The notes under the pieces were generated by a model. The model made no database searches. It saw nothing but the letters and a program-made list of their open reading frames with translations, and was not told where the DNA came from. This document shows positions 39,568-56,652 of a DNA stretch of 64,000 nt, piece after piece. A program made the translations under genes and the position numbers. The stretch covers positions 2,604,001 to 2,668,000 of the forward strand of contig CP110439.1 of NCBI GenBank assembly GCA_026914245.1, read 5' to 3'. Position 1 is the stretch's first letter; every line of letters begins with the position of its first letter. This DNA comes from Puccinia triticina. Its lineage: Eukaryota.

Positions 39568-42500
39568 TCACGCCTTCAGCCCTATCAGTGATCTTGCTGT
39601 CGCCATTTTGTTTGGTCCTAATTTCTTGGTGAATATGTCCGCTTGTTGGAGAAGGGTACTTGTCCACTTGATTTTGATTTTATTTTCCCGTATGAAGTCG
39701 TTGATGAAATAAAATGCTCTGATTAAGTACTTAGTCTTCTTTTTTGACGCGTTATCGCCCGCAATGAGGATTGCGGCTTCATTATCGCAAAAGATGTTCA
39801 TTTCGAGTTTATGATTGATGTCTTCAAGTAAAATCAAGATCCCCGCTAGATGTTGTGCTCCATCCGAAAGTGCCACGTATTCCGCCGCGCACGTCGAAAG
39901 TGCTACCACCGTTTGTCTCTTCGCCCCCCATGCAATTGAGTCTCCCAAATGCTTGATGACAAAACCCGAAGTCGACCGTTCGTGCTCGCCTCCCCAGTTC
40001 GCGTCCGACCATAAATCCAGAGAATCCCCGCCGCCTTTGATCATCAATTTCATCGAAGTCGATCCTTTCAAATATCCAATCAGAAAGTCCAATGCCTTCC
40101 AGTGTGCGTGTGACGGGTTTTGAGTGTATCTCGCCAAAAGATTCACACCGTAGGATAGGTCTGGTTGCGTCCCGGCGGCCAAGTACATCAAAGATCCGAT
40201 GATGGATCGGTATTCGGTCTGGTCGACCGGTTCCCCAGCGTGAATTTCTAGTGAGTTGTCAGGCAGCGTGCTCCTTTGATTAAACATTGGCCTTGCATAG
40301 TCCGTAACAATTTGATTTGCTAGTTTCTCCTGATCGAGCTCATATGCGTCTGCCGTCATCTTGATGTTTATGCCTACGAGCTTTGCTACCTTGTCAGACC
40401 ACTTAATTTTCATGTCTTTCTCCATTGCCTTCCTCAATTCCGTCATCATACCCGAGTCGGAAGCCACCGCAAAGCCGTCATCTACGTGTAACCATATTAT
40501 GATGAAATCCGCACCGCGTCGGTAGATGTACAATGATTGCTCTAGTTCTGAAGCAATGAAACCAAGATTTTCCATTTTTGTCTTGAAGAATTTCCACCAA
40601 CAGCGTGCCGCTTGCTTGGTGCCGTACATAGCCTTCTTGAGTTTCATTATCTTGCCTTTCAATTCGGGTCGGATTTCCACGGGCGGTTGAACGTATACTT
40701 CCTCCTCTATTGGACTATAGAGGTAAGCCGAGCTTACGTCAAAAGTAGCTATAGGGTAATGATATTTCATGGCCAACAAAATGAGGAGGCGCAACGTTAC
40801 TAGAGAAGCAGTCGGGGCATAGGTCTCATTGCAGTCCCTTCCCATGACCTGATTGAATCCTTTTGCAACGTACCGTGCTCTGAATATTTCCGGATCTCCT
40901 TCGTTCACACCGTCCTTAATCGCGAACACCCACCGGCACCCTAGCGCTTTCACTCCCGCGAACGGCTCCATAGTTTCCCAGACGTCGAGCTCGAAGAATT
41001 TGTCAATCTCATAATTTGCAGCATCGAACCATTCTTTTGAGTGTATAGTCTTCAATGCCGTTTTGATATTCAAGGGGATACGCCGGTCTTCTTGTACAGG
41101 TAGGTTCGCTACAGCCCTCTCCTCCTCTTTCGCGTTCTCCTTGGTAGCCTCTTCACCTAGCTTCAAGACGATTTGGTTGATTATGAAATCTAGGCTTCCT
41201 TTCTCCTTCTTCTTCACTGGGAGTGATTGGAATTCAGGAAAAATGACGGAGGTGGAGTGTAGAATCCGGCCATCGTATGACGAGTGTACTAGCCAACCTC
41301 CGCCGGTCGCAGGATATCCTATCAGCTTGCCGACATGTGCCCGCTGCGATAGCTTGTCTTGCTTTTCTCTGGGGATGTGCACAATCGCCTCCGCGCCAAA
41401 CGGGTATAGAGCATTAGGGTCGATTTCTACTCTATATAGCGCAGTGAGAGGGCATGAGTTGCTTTTTTTGTTGGGTATGCGATTATGAATATGTGCGGCC
41501 ATTCTATAAGCATAACTCCAGTAAGGCCGTGGCATTTTTGATTCATGGAGCATTGTTCGAGCCATGTCTCCAAGTGTTCGGTTTACGCGCTCAGCCTCGC
41601 CATTCTGTTTGGGGCTGTATGGGGGTACTGGGGCTAGTCTGACACCAATCGGAATAAGCAATTTCTTCAAAGAAGCGGTGTATTCCGGGGCGTTGTCACA
41701 TCGGATTGCTTTGGGGAATTTTCCGAAGGTGTTTTTCAAGTGCTGGAGCCAAGCCATGATCTTACTTGGCACCTCACTTCTTTCAGTCATCGCATCGCAC
41801 CAGATGTAAGTCGAGGCATGGTCTCTTAGTGTCAATATGTAACGTCTTCCGGACATGTCGTGGCTAAACGGTCCGGCCACGTCCGATACCAGCAAGTCCA
41901 GAGGTTTGTCTCGTGGAATTAGAGAGTTGCTTCCAGGAGATTTACGGTCAATGCTTTTTGACGTCGCGCATTGTTGACAAAAAAATGATGCCCACGACTT
42001 TCCTTCAATTTCCTCAGGATAGTGTTGCTTAAGGTAATTTCGGACTACTTCCTCAGACACGTGACCAAGTCTTCGGTGCCAGAGGAAGGGATCAAACGAC
42101 GGGCGCTGGGAAACTTTATTCAGGTGTAAGGATTCATTTAGATTACTCAGGAACCAGCAGTAGTTTTTATACAATGTTCTGAAAACTATGTTATTTGGAC
42201 TAGTAAGTGTCGCTTCTTGCCCATGAAAGTGTAGTTCCCACCCCGAGCTCGTCAGTCGACCGACCAATAGGATGATGCCATTGACACCCGGACAATAGTA
42301 GACGTCCTCAACTGTCACTGCACCCTGTTTCGTTGGGATTGATATCGTCCCCTTGATGCTGACATCAACAGAGCAGTCAGCCACCGCCAGTAAAATCTTT
42401 CTAGGCTTGCTGAGTGTTTCTCTTGATGTGTAGAGATCTAGAGAACCACTCACGTGGGTTGAGGCTCCAGAGTCTAACAGGATTTTTCCGTCGCTTACTT

Positions 42501-43857
42501 CAGGCACGTCTAGTTGTCTGAGGCGGTTATTCTGACCGAACGGTTGATCGGGTGGCATGTAGTTTGATTGAGGCGTTCCGTGGTCTTCAGGCGGTTGTCC
42601 GATAATTCCTGCCTTAACGTCTTCCCAGAACATTCGGCAATTGTTATACCAATGGCCCGATTGTTTGCAGTAATGGCATCGAGGGCCATGGATTTGGACT
42701 AGATGATCGCTGAGTGGATAACCTCGGTATGCTGCTGCCTTCTCGATCAAAAGTTGCTGTTTCTGGGTAGGCGGGTTTTTTACGGCCTGTCCTGACTGCT
42801 GAGGGTTCCGGCGGTGGGGTGGGGCGTATCTGTTAGGGTTCGCCCGTATGGCGTTGACGGCGTCTAGATCCATTGGCGCGTAGGAATCGTCCACAACCGT
42901 GCTTGCTTTGTGTTGGGACTTCCCAGTTGCTGCTTGTATCACAGTCATCACGTCGTTCAATTCAACGGCGGCCGCGGACTCCAATTTTTGGCTAACGACG
43001 AATTCGAAGGTTTTTGAGTCGATCCCAATTGGTGCCGCGAAACTGTTCTGAAGACACAATCCACCTAGCTCTTCAAACGTAATCTTCAGTTGCGACATCT
43101 CAGCCCATACCGTGCTCCATTTCGCTAGATCAGTGTCGGTACCAGGTTGGGATTGGTTCGCAATTAAATCAGCGAATTGGTTGACGAGGTCGAGTTTGTG
43201 TTGTCTGTCGGACCGATCGCATTGGCTCTTGAGGCTCTTGAAGATGACCCAAGGGTCGTCCGAGTTGTTTCCGTCAACTATGTCTAGGAGAGGGGTTTCA
43301 ATCGTGGACCGGAGAAGGCAGGCAATAGCTGCTTGGTCCTTCGCCGAACGGGTCTTGAAATTCGTTTCTTGTGCCGTGAACACGTCGGCATTTTCGAAGA
43401 CGTACTTAAGGGTACGGTTGATCTCTCGATCCCAGATCTTAAAATTCGCTTTCCCTTTTGCTAGTCGTGTCTTCTTGGGATTATGCATATAGTGGAGGTC
43501 TAGCGGCTTCTTGTGGAAGCTTTGGGTCACGCTATTTGCTCCATCTATCGGGGCTTGTGGGTTTTGGCGGAGAATGTTGGCGTTGTTGAGTAGGCCTTCA
43601 AGTCGTTGTAGTTCTCCTTTGAGGTGGAAGTAGTCCTCAGCGGTTGGTGCCGCTGTCATTGTTGTTGAATTTGAAGTCGATGGAACTGGTTGTTCGTTTT
43701 CTTCGTAGTATCTTCTAGATTTTTCTTCGAATTCTCGGATCGTTTCAAGTCGCTCTTTTTCTTCGATTTCTCTTTCTTTTTTCTGTTTTTCTAGCGTTTC
43801 TTCGATTGCTTTCTTTTGGATTTCTTGTAGTTTCAATTTTCCTCCTCGACCGACCAT
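39568..43857 (-). CDS. Copia Gag-Pol polyprotein, about 1429 aa
   Basis: Domains in copia order: zinc knuckle CHYCKQSGHWYNNC, protease LLDSGAST, integrase HRRLGH..CQQC / SDVAGP / RCDNAPEY / QNGEAER, RT ARYVAKGF..FDVSSAYL..LHVDDG, RNase H SDANWG..CAAEY..CDN..ADIFTK. Confidence 0.97.
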   Translation of the reverse strand: MVGRGGKLKLQEIQKKAIEETLEKQKKEREIEEKERLETIREFEEKSRRYYEENEQPVPSTSNSTTMTAAPTAEDYFHLKGELQRLEGLLNNANILRQNPQAPIDGANSVTQSFHKKPLDLHYMHNPKKTRLAKGKANFKIWDREINRTLKYVFENADVFTAQETNFKTRSAKDQAAIACLLRSTIETPLLDIVDGNNSDDPWVIFKSLKSQCDRSDRQHKLDLVNQFADLIANQSQPGTDTDLAKWSTVWAEMSQLKITFEELGGLCLQNSFAAPIGIDSKTFEFVVSQKLESAAAVELNDVMTVIQAATGKSQHKASTVVDDSYAPMDLDAVNAIRANPNRYAPPHRRNPQQSGQAVKNPPTQKQQLLIEKAAAYRGYPLSDHLVQIHGPRCHYCKQSGHWYNNCRMFWEDVKAGIIGQPPEDHGTPQSNYMPPDQPFGQNNRLRQLDVPEVSDGKILLDSGASTHVSGSLDLYTSRETLSKPRKILLAVADCSVDVSIKGTISIPTKQGAVTVEDVYYCPGVNGIILLVGRLTSSGWELHFHGQEATLTSPNNIVFRTLYKNYCWFLSNLNESLHLNKVSQRPSFDPFLWHRRLGHVSEEVVRNYLKQHYPEEIEGKSWASFFCQQCATSKSIDRKSPGSNSLIPRDKPLDLLVSDVAGPFSHDMSGRRYILTLRDHASTYIWCDAMTERSEVPSKIMAWLQHLKNTFGKFPKAIRCDNAPEYTASLKKLLIPIGVRLAPVPPYSPKQNGEAERVNRTLGDMARTMLHESKMPRPYWSYAYRMAAHIHNRIPNKKSNSCPLTALYRVEIDPNALYPFGAEAIVHIPREKQDKLSQRAHVGKLIGYPATGGGWLVHSSYDGRILHSTSVIFPEFQSLPVKKKEKGSLDFIINQIVLKLGEEATKENAKEEERAVANLPVQEDRRIPLNIKTALKTIHSKEWFDAANYEIDKFFELDVWETMEPFAGVKALGCRWVFAIKDGVNEGDPEIFRARYVAKGFNQVMGRDCNETYAPTASLVTLRLLILLAMKYHYPIATFDVSSAYLYSPIEEEVYVQPPVEIRPELKGKIMKLKKAMYGTKQAARCWWKFFKTKMENLGFIASELEQSLYIYRRGADFIIIWLHVDDGFAVASDSGMMTELRKAMEKDMKIKWSDKVAKLVGINIKMTADAYELDQEKLANQIVTDYARPMFNQRSTLPDNSLEIHAGEPVDQTEYRSIIGSLMYLAAGTQPDLSYGVNLLARYTQNPSHAHWKALDFLIGYLKGSTSMKLMIKGGGDSLDLWSDANWGGEHERSTSGFVIKHLGDSIAWGAKRQTVVALSTCAAEYVALSDGAQHLAGILILLEDINHKLEMNIFCDNEAAILIAGDNASKKKTKYLIRAFYFINDFIRENKIKIKWTSTLLQQADIFTKKLGPNKMATARSLIGLKA

Positions 43858-43921
43858 CAATTTGACGATCTCCCGAAAAATGGATGCAATCCGGAGCGCT
43901 CTTCTGAGTCGGCTTTTAACC

Positions 43922-44239
43922 TATAAGACACCCGCACGGGTGAATGCAAATCTGACGATAAGAAATGCGTCGCTGATCAGCTCAGGCACGCTCGGTATCG
44001 GGTCCACTCTCGGTGATTGATTACACACCTGACGATAAGAAATGCGTCGCTGATCAGCTCAGGCACGCTCGGTATCGGGTCCACTCTCGGTGAGGAAAGA
44101 GAGTGGCCGGTACCGGGCGCGCTGAGTTAGACTAGGTACAAGTGGCGTATGCATGTATCTACAGGATTGTCTACATGCATACACATGACTAAACTATGAT
44201 TAGTTAAGTTTGTCACCTTGGCACCCCCGGTCTCCAACA
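43922..44239 (-). repeat. 5' LTR (318 bp) with about 1.8 copies of the 77-bp unit
   Basis: Reads TGTTGGAGACC...GGTGTCTTATA on the minus strand. Confidence 0.95.
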
Positions 44240-44654
44240 TACACTCTACCCCCGATCGTTCCGCTTCATACTGCGCATGTATGCCAGGCTGTATTTGAAT
44301 GTCTGTGCACCCTGCACTCGCTGAGGAATCGGTGGAAGTGTCGGTCTCTGTAGAGGGTGGACTGCTAAGTTGTACTGTTGAAACTCCAAACCGAACTGCG
44401 AACTGCCAGGGGAGAGATGTTGCCTTGACCCGGAGAAATTCTTCGAACGCCGAGCGGGAATACCCTCCCCCGGGGATCCCCGCTCGGACACCCCGCCAGT
44501 CCCCCGCCGGGGTGCATGCAGACCCCACGGGGGCTGCAACATCCTCACAACACCACGCGTACGCGTTTGGGGCAAAGGACAACTCATCGCCAATCACCGA
44601 GCAGGAAACAGGAGGACCAGTCGAACGTGAAGCACGAGGAAATAAACAGCACAA

Positions 44655-47943
<3,289 letters not shown>

Positions 47944-48696
47944 TAGCACAGACGAGTTGTTGACTCTTCTCATTGGCTTGGGCTAAGTTCTACCCATTCA
48001 TATGTCTTCGTCTTCTTCATCTTCCCCCTTTTTTATCTCTTTTCTCTAACATGTGTGACTGTGATTCGTTTTTTGTAAAGCAAGTTGCAATACGTTCTCC
48101 GCCCTGTCCCACTCCCAGATAGCTCTCCCTGTAAATGAAGTCGAATTGGAAACCACAGGACTTGTCTAGACGGAAAGACCTTCTTTTCTTCTCCGCCGTT
48201 TCACATCAAAAAAAAACCCCAGTAGATTATATCCATTACTTTAAGGAAACTCCAGTCCCATCCAACTGTCAAGGCCTCTTCAGGATTATTTTGACATAGG
48301 GCTTCTGTTGGGCTTACTTGAGGCGTGCTTGAACTGTGTTTGTATTCACCTGAGGAGCAGCAGAGGCAGACAGTATGGGAGGCGTGGATAGCCTACATAG
48401 AATAGCGGTAGAGACACATAGTATGGGTGCACGGAGGGAGTTTGCCTCTGGAGACTTCTGGCGGAGGGCAAAGCTCTGGCTGAGCTTGGTAGAGCTGCCG
48501 TGTGACTCTCGGTGTGCTTCGGGCAGCACAATGCACATAGGCGACAGCTTTGTCTTAGGGAAGAAGCGAGGCTGAGCCAGAGCTGGCAGGGAGATTTGAG
48601 CTGCGTGGCAGCTTGGATGCTGAGCACATTCCTGGCCCACCACGAATGCAGCTGCTGAGCTCTGCTGCTGCCGACCAATATATATAAAGCCCTCTG

Positions 48697-49490
48697 ATGC
48701 CCGGTGCATCCTGTTTCCCCAACTCCTCACTTCCTCCCTCTATCCCACTGGAACCAGTGGAGCCCCCGGGCGGCTCACCAGCGGCTCTTCCCGCACGCAC
48801 ATGGCACCAACTTTTGCCTCCAATTCCCTCTTCCACTGGTTCCACCGACACAGACTCTCGCCTTGCCCCCCTCGATCCCTGTCCACACATCCAACTCGCG
48901 CCTGTTCCACCGCGGCCAGCTCACCCGGCGCGCTGAGATAGTATCTCCTGCTGTTCTCCGCGATCCGGCATGCAAGCGACTGACCCGTGCATGGATGTCG
49001 ATGGAAAGCTGGCCCATGGGGCAGAAAGTTGGAGAGAGGACTGTCTTTTTCTGCAGCCGCAAGCGAGCGTCGATGCCCCGGAACCCGGCGGGTCCGAGCT
49101 GGTCGATGAAGTGCAGGACCCCCTGCAAGCTCCAGCCCTGGGCGGGGCGTTCGATAGCGCGCAGGGAAGACTCGAGCCGTCTGGCCAATCCGGGACGGGT
49201 GCTCGGGTCGTCCGGGATATCGCCGAGCCGCATCGGCCGTCGACTGCCGTCGGTCCGGCTCGGCAGGCCGGGCAGGATCTGGGTGCGCAGGTCGAGGAGC
49301 TGCGCGCTGAGCTAGTATCTCCTTCTTTTCTTCGTGACCCGTATACCAGAAACTGACCCGTGCAGATCGACTCAACTCATGGTGGCGGCCGTGCTCCCGG
49401 CATCGTCAAAACGTGGGAACAATGGATATCTGCCTCAGGAACCGGATGACTTTGGCGGCCAGTGCACGTTCTTGGCAGCCATAATCTAGA
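48697..49490 (+). CDS. Possible small hypothetical gene or pseudogene
   Basis: TATATAAA near 48680, GC-rich ORFs 48697-48936 and 48970-49356, and a plausible intron with ctgac branch site near 49315-49365. The frames could not be resolved. Confidence 0.25.
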
Positions 49491-50794
49491 AGAAAGTCGT
49501 CCTTTTGAAGTTGTTGAAAGGAAGCATTTAACACGTTCCGTATGAAAGCTGACTACAGTGACCGAGATCCGATAATGTTAATACGAGCAGAAGGCCCAAG
49601 GTGAGTGGAGACAGTTGCAGTACTAATATTTTCTAGGGACAGCCTTTTTGCACACCAACCGGTCCCCCCGCACACCCAAAAAACTGTGCACTCTCATCTT
49701 TTTTGGAGTGCACACCTCTGCGCTCCAACTTTTCCTGGAGTGCAAACGATTCAGTCCAAAAACTGTATGTTTTTAGTATGTCGCACTCCAGGAAAGGTTG
49801 GAGTGCAGAGGTGTGCTCTCCAAAAAAACTTGGCGTGCGCACCTTTGAACTCCAAATGTCAAACACTTCAATACCTCTTTGGAGTGTACCACCGAGCCAT
49901 CTGGAGTGCACAGAGGTGCACTCCAAGATGTTCTCTGAGACTCTCATTTCAAATGGACATTCAGCTGACGAGGTCACCTGGAACAGTCTCTCGTGTCACT
50001 GTTAGATTCATGGATAACTTGAGTCCTCCAAGTTCAAGGCTGTGGAACTGGCGAGCCCCGCCCTAACTTGAACTAAGTTAAAGTCGATCCCTGAGGGAGG
50101 CCGGAGGCGCTTCGTGCCTTCACCTTCGGAACTTGGGTAAGTTTGGCCCCGACCCTCAAACCAAGCACTCAGCGAGTCAGCCTCCCCTGAGCCCTCCATG
50201 ACCGGAGGTTGCGCTCCGCCCAGTTTGCGCCTCCGCGTGCCGACCGGCGATGTTGTTCGCCCGAGGCCGCCCCCGACCCGGCATCCGTTGAAGACTTGAG
50301 CATACTTGAAAATTAGTTCGTACATATCCAACATACTTAAATATGTAGATGATTGACACGCGCTATCGGATCAATCATTGTGCGGCTCGACCTGTTATGT
50401 AGTCTTGAGAAGGAGGTTTAGCAGATCAGTCTAGCTTGAAGTGAGCTGCTCCTGCTGCTCCCCATCGACTAAACATGACGAGATGCTCTCACTAGGCCGA
50501 AGTGACCAGAACGAAGACTAGAGGACGGTGAGTAGGAGCGTATACCTGGAAGAGTTAAAGAGGCAACTCAATGCACTCATTCGTCCTCATCCGCTCAAGT
50601 CCGTTCACTTTTTGTCATCCTCAACCACTCCTCAGCTGGTCTGTTGTACCAGAAGCCCTATTAAATACTTGTGAGTCAGCTATCATCAGACCCGATTAGA
50701 TACGCTTCGGCTTCACCATTCTTACAGACGGCTGGTATTCAGTTTAGAGAAAAGCTACGATATTGCAACTTCCAAGACTCGCACATCCGACAAA

Positions 50795-51219
50795 ATGCAG
50801 TTCATTCGATTTGTCACGCTCATCACCAGCTTAGTTTTGGTTCCGGCCTTCACATTGGCCAGCTGCCATTTTAAGCACTATGCCCCGCGGAACAAAACGG
50901 CTCTTGCGACCTGTATCCCAAGTATGAAGCCCTCCCGCGTAGATAATTCGAACTGCGGTAGTGTGAAGTGGTACTTGTCTCAGTTCAGTCAATTGTCTTG
51001 CTCAGCTGTTCCCCATCCCACATCCCCGAGTGCTATACTAACCTGCTGCTCAAAAAACAAACTATCCGTCTTATGTACTGCAGAAGTGCTTGGGCGAGTA
51101 CAGACGACTGTTACAATCTATGCGCCTCTTGTCTCTTCAGTGGCATTTCAGCTGGCGCTTCGGAGGTTTCTTGTCGAAAACGAAGTCTGTTTGCACATTG
51201 TCATGTCGGATACTTTTAA
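50795..51219 (+). CDS. Small secreted cysteine-rich protein (candidate effector), two exons
   Basis: Signal peptide MQFIRFVTLITSLVLVPAFTLA. After an intron of about 50967-51083, exon 2 reads AWASTDDCYNLCASCLFSGISAGASEVSCRKRSLFAHCHVGYF*. About 100 aa with 8-9 Cys. Confidence 0.7.
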
Positions 51220-51678
51220 AAAATCTCCCCAATCACGCAATGGCGCTGCGCATTTTATCATTGTTATCATCTTCTTGATTTAGTTTATGCTCTGTCTCAA
51301 CAGCTATGATTTCAGTGTTTTTTTTTCCTCACCCTTGCTGTCTGTACTGTAGCCTTGCTGTTCTTTGCCGGGCCTCCCTTTCCATGATATTCCATAACAA
51401 AGCTTGAAGCTCTTTTCTGAAAATCGATCACAGCTACACCAGGCTACACCAGGGTGTGACGAATTCTTTTTGGATTGGTTCCAAAGGACAATTTATTCCT
51501 CAATTGCATAATGCTACAAACGGGGCCTTCACATGTCTCATCTGTGAAATTCAATCTTTATCAAGAGTGAGACTCGTGATTGCTGAGTGACAGGTGACTC
51601 GCCTCTCAGACCTGTCCATGAAATAAACTGTCGTGATCACTATCCGTACGATCTGTTTCCTATTGTTATCCGACCGGA

Positions 51679-53809
<2,131 letters not shown>

Positions 53810-55325
53810 TCTCATATAAATACTTCGATCCGCCAATTTTATTCTGTTTTTCGGCTTTACTTCAGATTGAAATTAACTCCAATACCTTCGCAGTACAAAG
53901 GTTTTGTAGATTCAGCTCGAAGCTTCTCCGGAATTACTACTAAGCTATCACAAGTGCAGAGGCGCGCCGTGTGTGAAATGACATCGGGCTCCCCTTCCTG
54001 CCACAAGCCAACCTGAGTCTTGTAGACACATGACCCTGGTCTGACGTAGGCGGGTAATAGTTTCGCTTGTCAGTTTGTCTCACTGCTCGAGAGGTATTCA
54101 TCTCTCACATGGATGAGATTGATTTCCTAGCCTGCATTTATCACTGGCCGTGGAAAGAAGCTTTTGATCACCCATACAAAGAGCTGACAAGAGACACCAG
54201 TAAATTTTTCTGAGGCTAACATGTCTGATGCCTGAACATGTAGTTTATTTGAAGGGATTCACCTTAATCGGTGACTGGTTCTACCAGCCATTGAGTGGAG
54301 ACACCCTCCACTTGATCACAGGTCACTAGCTGGCTGGGGAAATCCCAGATCAGTGACCAGTACTGCATGCTGGTGATTGAGCCGGGCCTCTCCCAGCTTT
54401 AAGGACCATATTTACTGTACATAGCGCAAGGAAAGTCCCGGCTTGATGGACAATGTTTACTGTCCATCCTGCTGCACTTTTCCAAGCTGAGTGGCCAGTG
54501 TAGACTGCCTACCACGCTCGGAAAGGCTGACTAGATGACCAGCATGTGCTGGTCATGGGGCTAGGGCTTCTCGCTGGATGGCAAGTATGTACTGGTCATC
54601 GGATTTGAGCTCGGAGAGGCTGCGGATCAATGACCAGGGCATGATGCCTGTCAAGCCAAACTTAGCTAAGTCCCTCGATCGGAGGCGCGCGAGCGCTGTC
54701 GCGAAGCGACCCTCCGCTGCCCAGGTTTTGTGGCTACACGGCGGGGGTACTTCCTGCCCCGCCCGTTTGTGGAACCGACGAGAGGAGGGTAATCCGTGGA
54801 GCCGACGAGGATCGGCTCGGTAACCCCTCGGTAAGCTCGTCGGTTCCACGAAACGCTATTTTTCCACGTGGAACCGATGGGCTTCACACTTTTCCCCGTC
54901 GGTTCCACGATGTGCCTTCCTGGCACGCGTGGAGACCACGTCAGCTCGTTGCTCACGTCGGTTCCACGGCATTTTTTTTTTTTTTTTTACTTCCAGCCAA
55001 GACCACCTCAGGCTGGTCCTGAGGTTTTGAAAGTCCGACAAAACTCGATTTTGAAGAGAGGAAAAAAAAACTTGAAAAAAAAAACTTAAGAAAAAAACCT
55101 GTCGCAAACACGATCGCAAACCATTGTTTATGGGGTTGATATCGTGTAAAAAAGCGGGAGAGGAATGTGAAATGGCTGTGCTGTGTAGCACTCCCTCTCA
55201 CCCAGGCTCCCTGTGCTTGGCGTGGGTTCCATTCCCAATTATCACAATTTTTGTCAGGCTCCTCCCGCTATATTTTTCAGCCCCGCCTACGTGGCCACGT
55301 GGATTCCACGGGTACACATCTGTAA

Positions 55326-55658
55326 GTATCCGTGGAATCCTCGGGGCCATCACGAGGTGCCCCCGTGATCCACTTGGTGGAGGTCAAGTGAACGTGTGGA
55401 CCAGCAGCCGCTGGTCCGACCTCGCGCAGGGGCACTACGGGGAATCCACGAGGATTCCTCGAGATATCCTTGTGGAAGGACTCCCCGGGTGTATCCGTGG
55501 AATCCTCGGGGCCATCACGAGGTGCCCCCGTGATCCACTTGGTGGAGGTCACGTGAACGTGTGGACCAGCAGCCACTGGTCCGACCTTGCGCAGGGGCAC
55601 TACGGGGAATCCACGAGGATTCCTTGAGATATCCTCGTGGAAGGACTCCCCGGGTGTA
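55326..55658 (+). repeat. 165-bp tandem duplication inside a ccacg/cgtgg-rich repeat region (about 54690-55700)
   Basis: Units start at 55326 and 55491 (gtatccgtggaatcctcgggg...ggactccccgggtgt). Confidence 0.9.
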
Positions 55659-55903
55659 GGTTCCTATGAACTCAGCTCCGCCAGCCCGGCCAGCTCCAGC
55701 GCTCCTTCGGCTTTTAGCCGAAGAATCATAGTGCCACAGGTGGTTGGAAGTCAAAATATAGGTAGTTGATTATCAAACTCCAAAATCTTTGGGGGGGGGG
55801 GGGGGTGATTTGAGATGAAGAGGTAAAGATAGGGAAGACTGCTATGATTCTGAAACAATTTCAGAAGCAAGATTGAAAAGCTGTGCTACACTGCAGAAAG
55901 TGG

Positions 55904-56652
55904 CTAACTTAACTAAGTCCCTCCCGAGGGAGGCCAAAGGCCTCCCTCTGGGAGGGACTTATGCCTTACAGGTGATTTTGGCCTGAGAGTTATGCCCCAA
56001 ATCCTTGCCTTTTTGTGCTAAGGTCCCTGTACGGTGGTGTGTTTTTGTGATCACCCCGTACATTTTCACTAAGACTCATCAGAAGCATGGATATCTCCAG
56101 CCACCTTCTGGTATATTTTTCTCCTTGCCAAACTTGAGATACAGGGGATGTAAACACAAGAAAACTTGTCCTGGCTAGAACAGATGATTGATCACTGTTT
56201 TTTGAACTGGCTCCCTTGGGATTTGGAGTGAATGGCCGAGAATGCATGTTCCCACACGCATCCTGCAGCTTTGTGACATTCTCAGATTTGTCAGAGCAGT
56301 GAGTCCCAGATACCTGTCATTTTTTTTCCTTGAGGCAAGTGTATGGATTTGCACTAAAAATGCTGTTTTAACAGTCTCCGGGTTGGCTTTTGTCATCCAC
56401 CATCTTTGATGGATCATTGTGAGTGAGGCAGGAGGACTCATGATGATATTGATGCATCATAAATTAGACAAGATGTTGATATTTCATCTGATCCAAAAAC
56501 ATTGTTGGGATCCTTGGAGGTGAAGGAGCTATGGGAACATTTGTCAAAATCAGCGTTTTTGGCCTTTGCTCTCAGTCCTAAATCACTGATACAGCATAAG
56601 TCCCTCCGGTGGAGGCGCTTTGTGCCTCCACCTTCAGACTTAGTTAAGTTTG
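55904..56652. mobile_element. Mutator-like MITE, same end family as 34237-34349
   Basis: Ends ctaacttaactaagtc / gacttagttaagtttg. The flanks are only partly duplicated. Confidence 0.55.

Larger units (their letters stand above)
39150..44239 (-). mobile_element. Full-length Ty1/copia LTR retrotransposon
   Basis: Two LTRs, 5-bp TSD tacac (39145-39149, 44240-44244), polypurine tract (G10A on the minus strand, 39545-39555), PBS at 43909-43921 and one uninterrupted gag-pol ORF. Confidence 0.98.
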
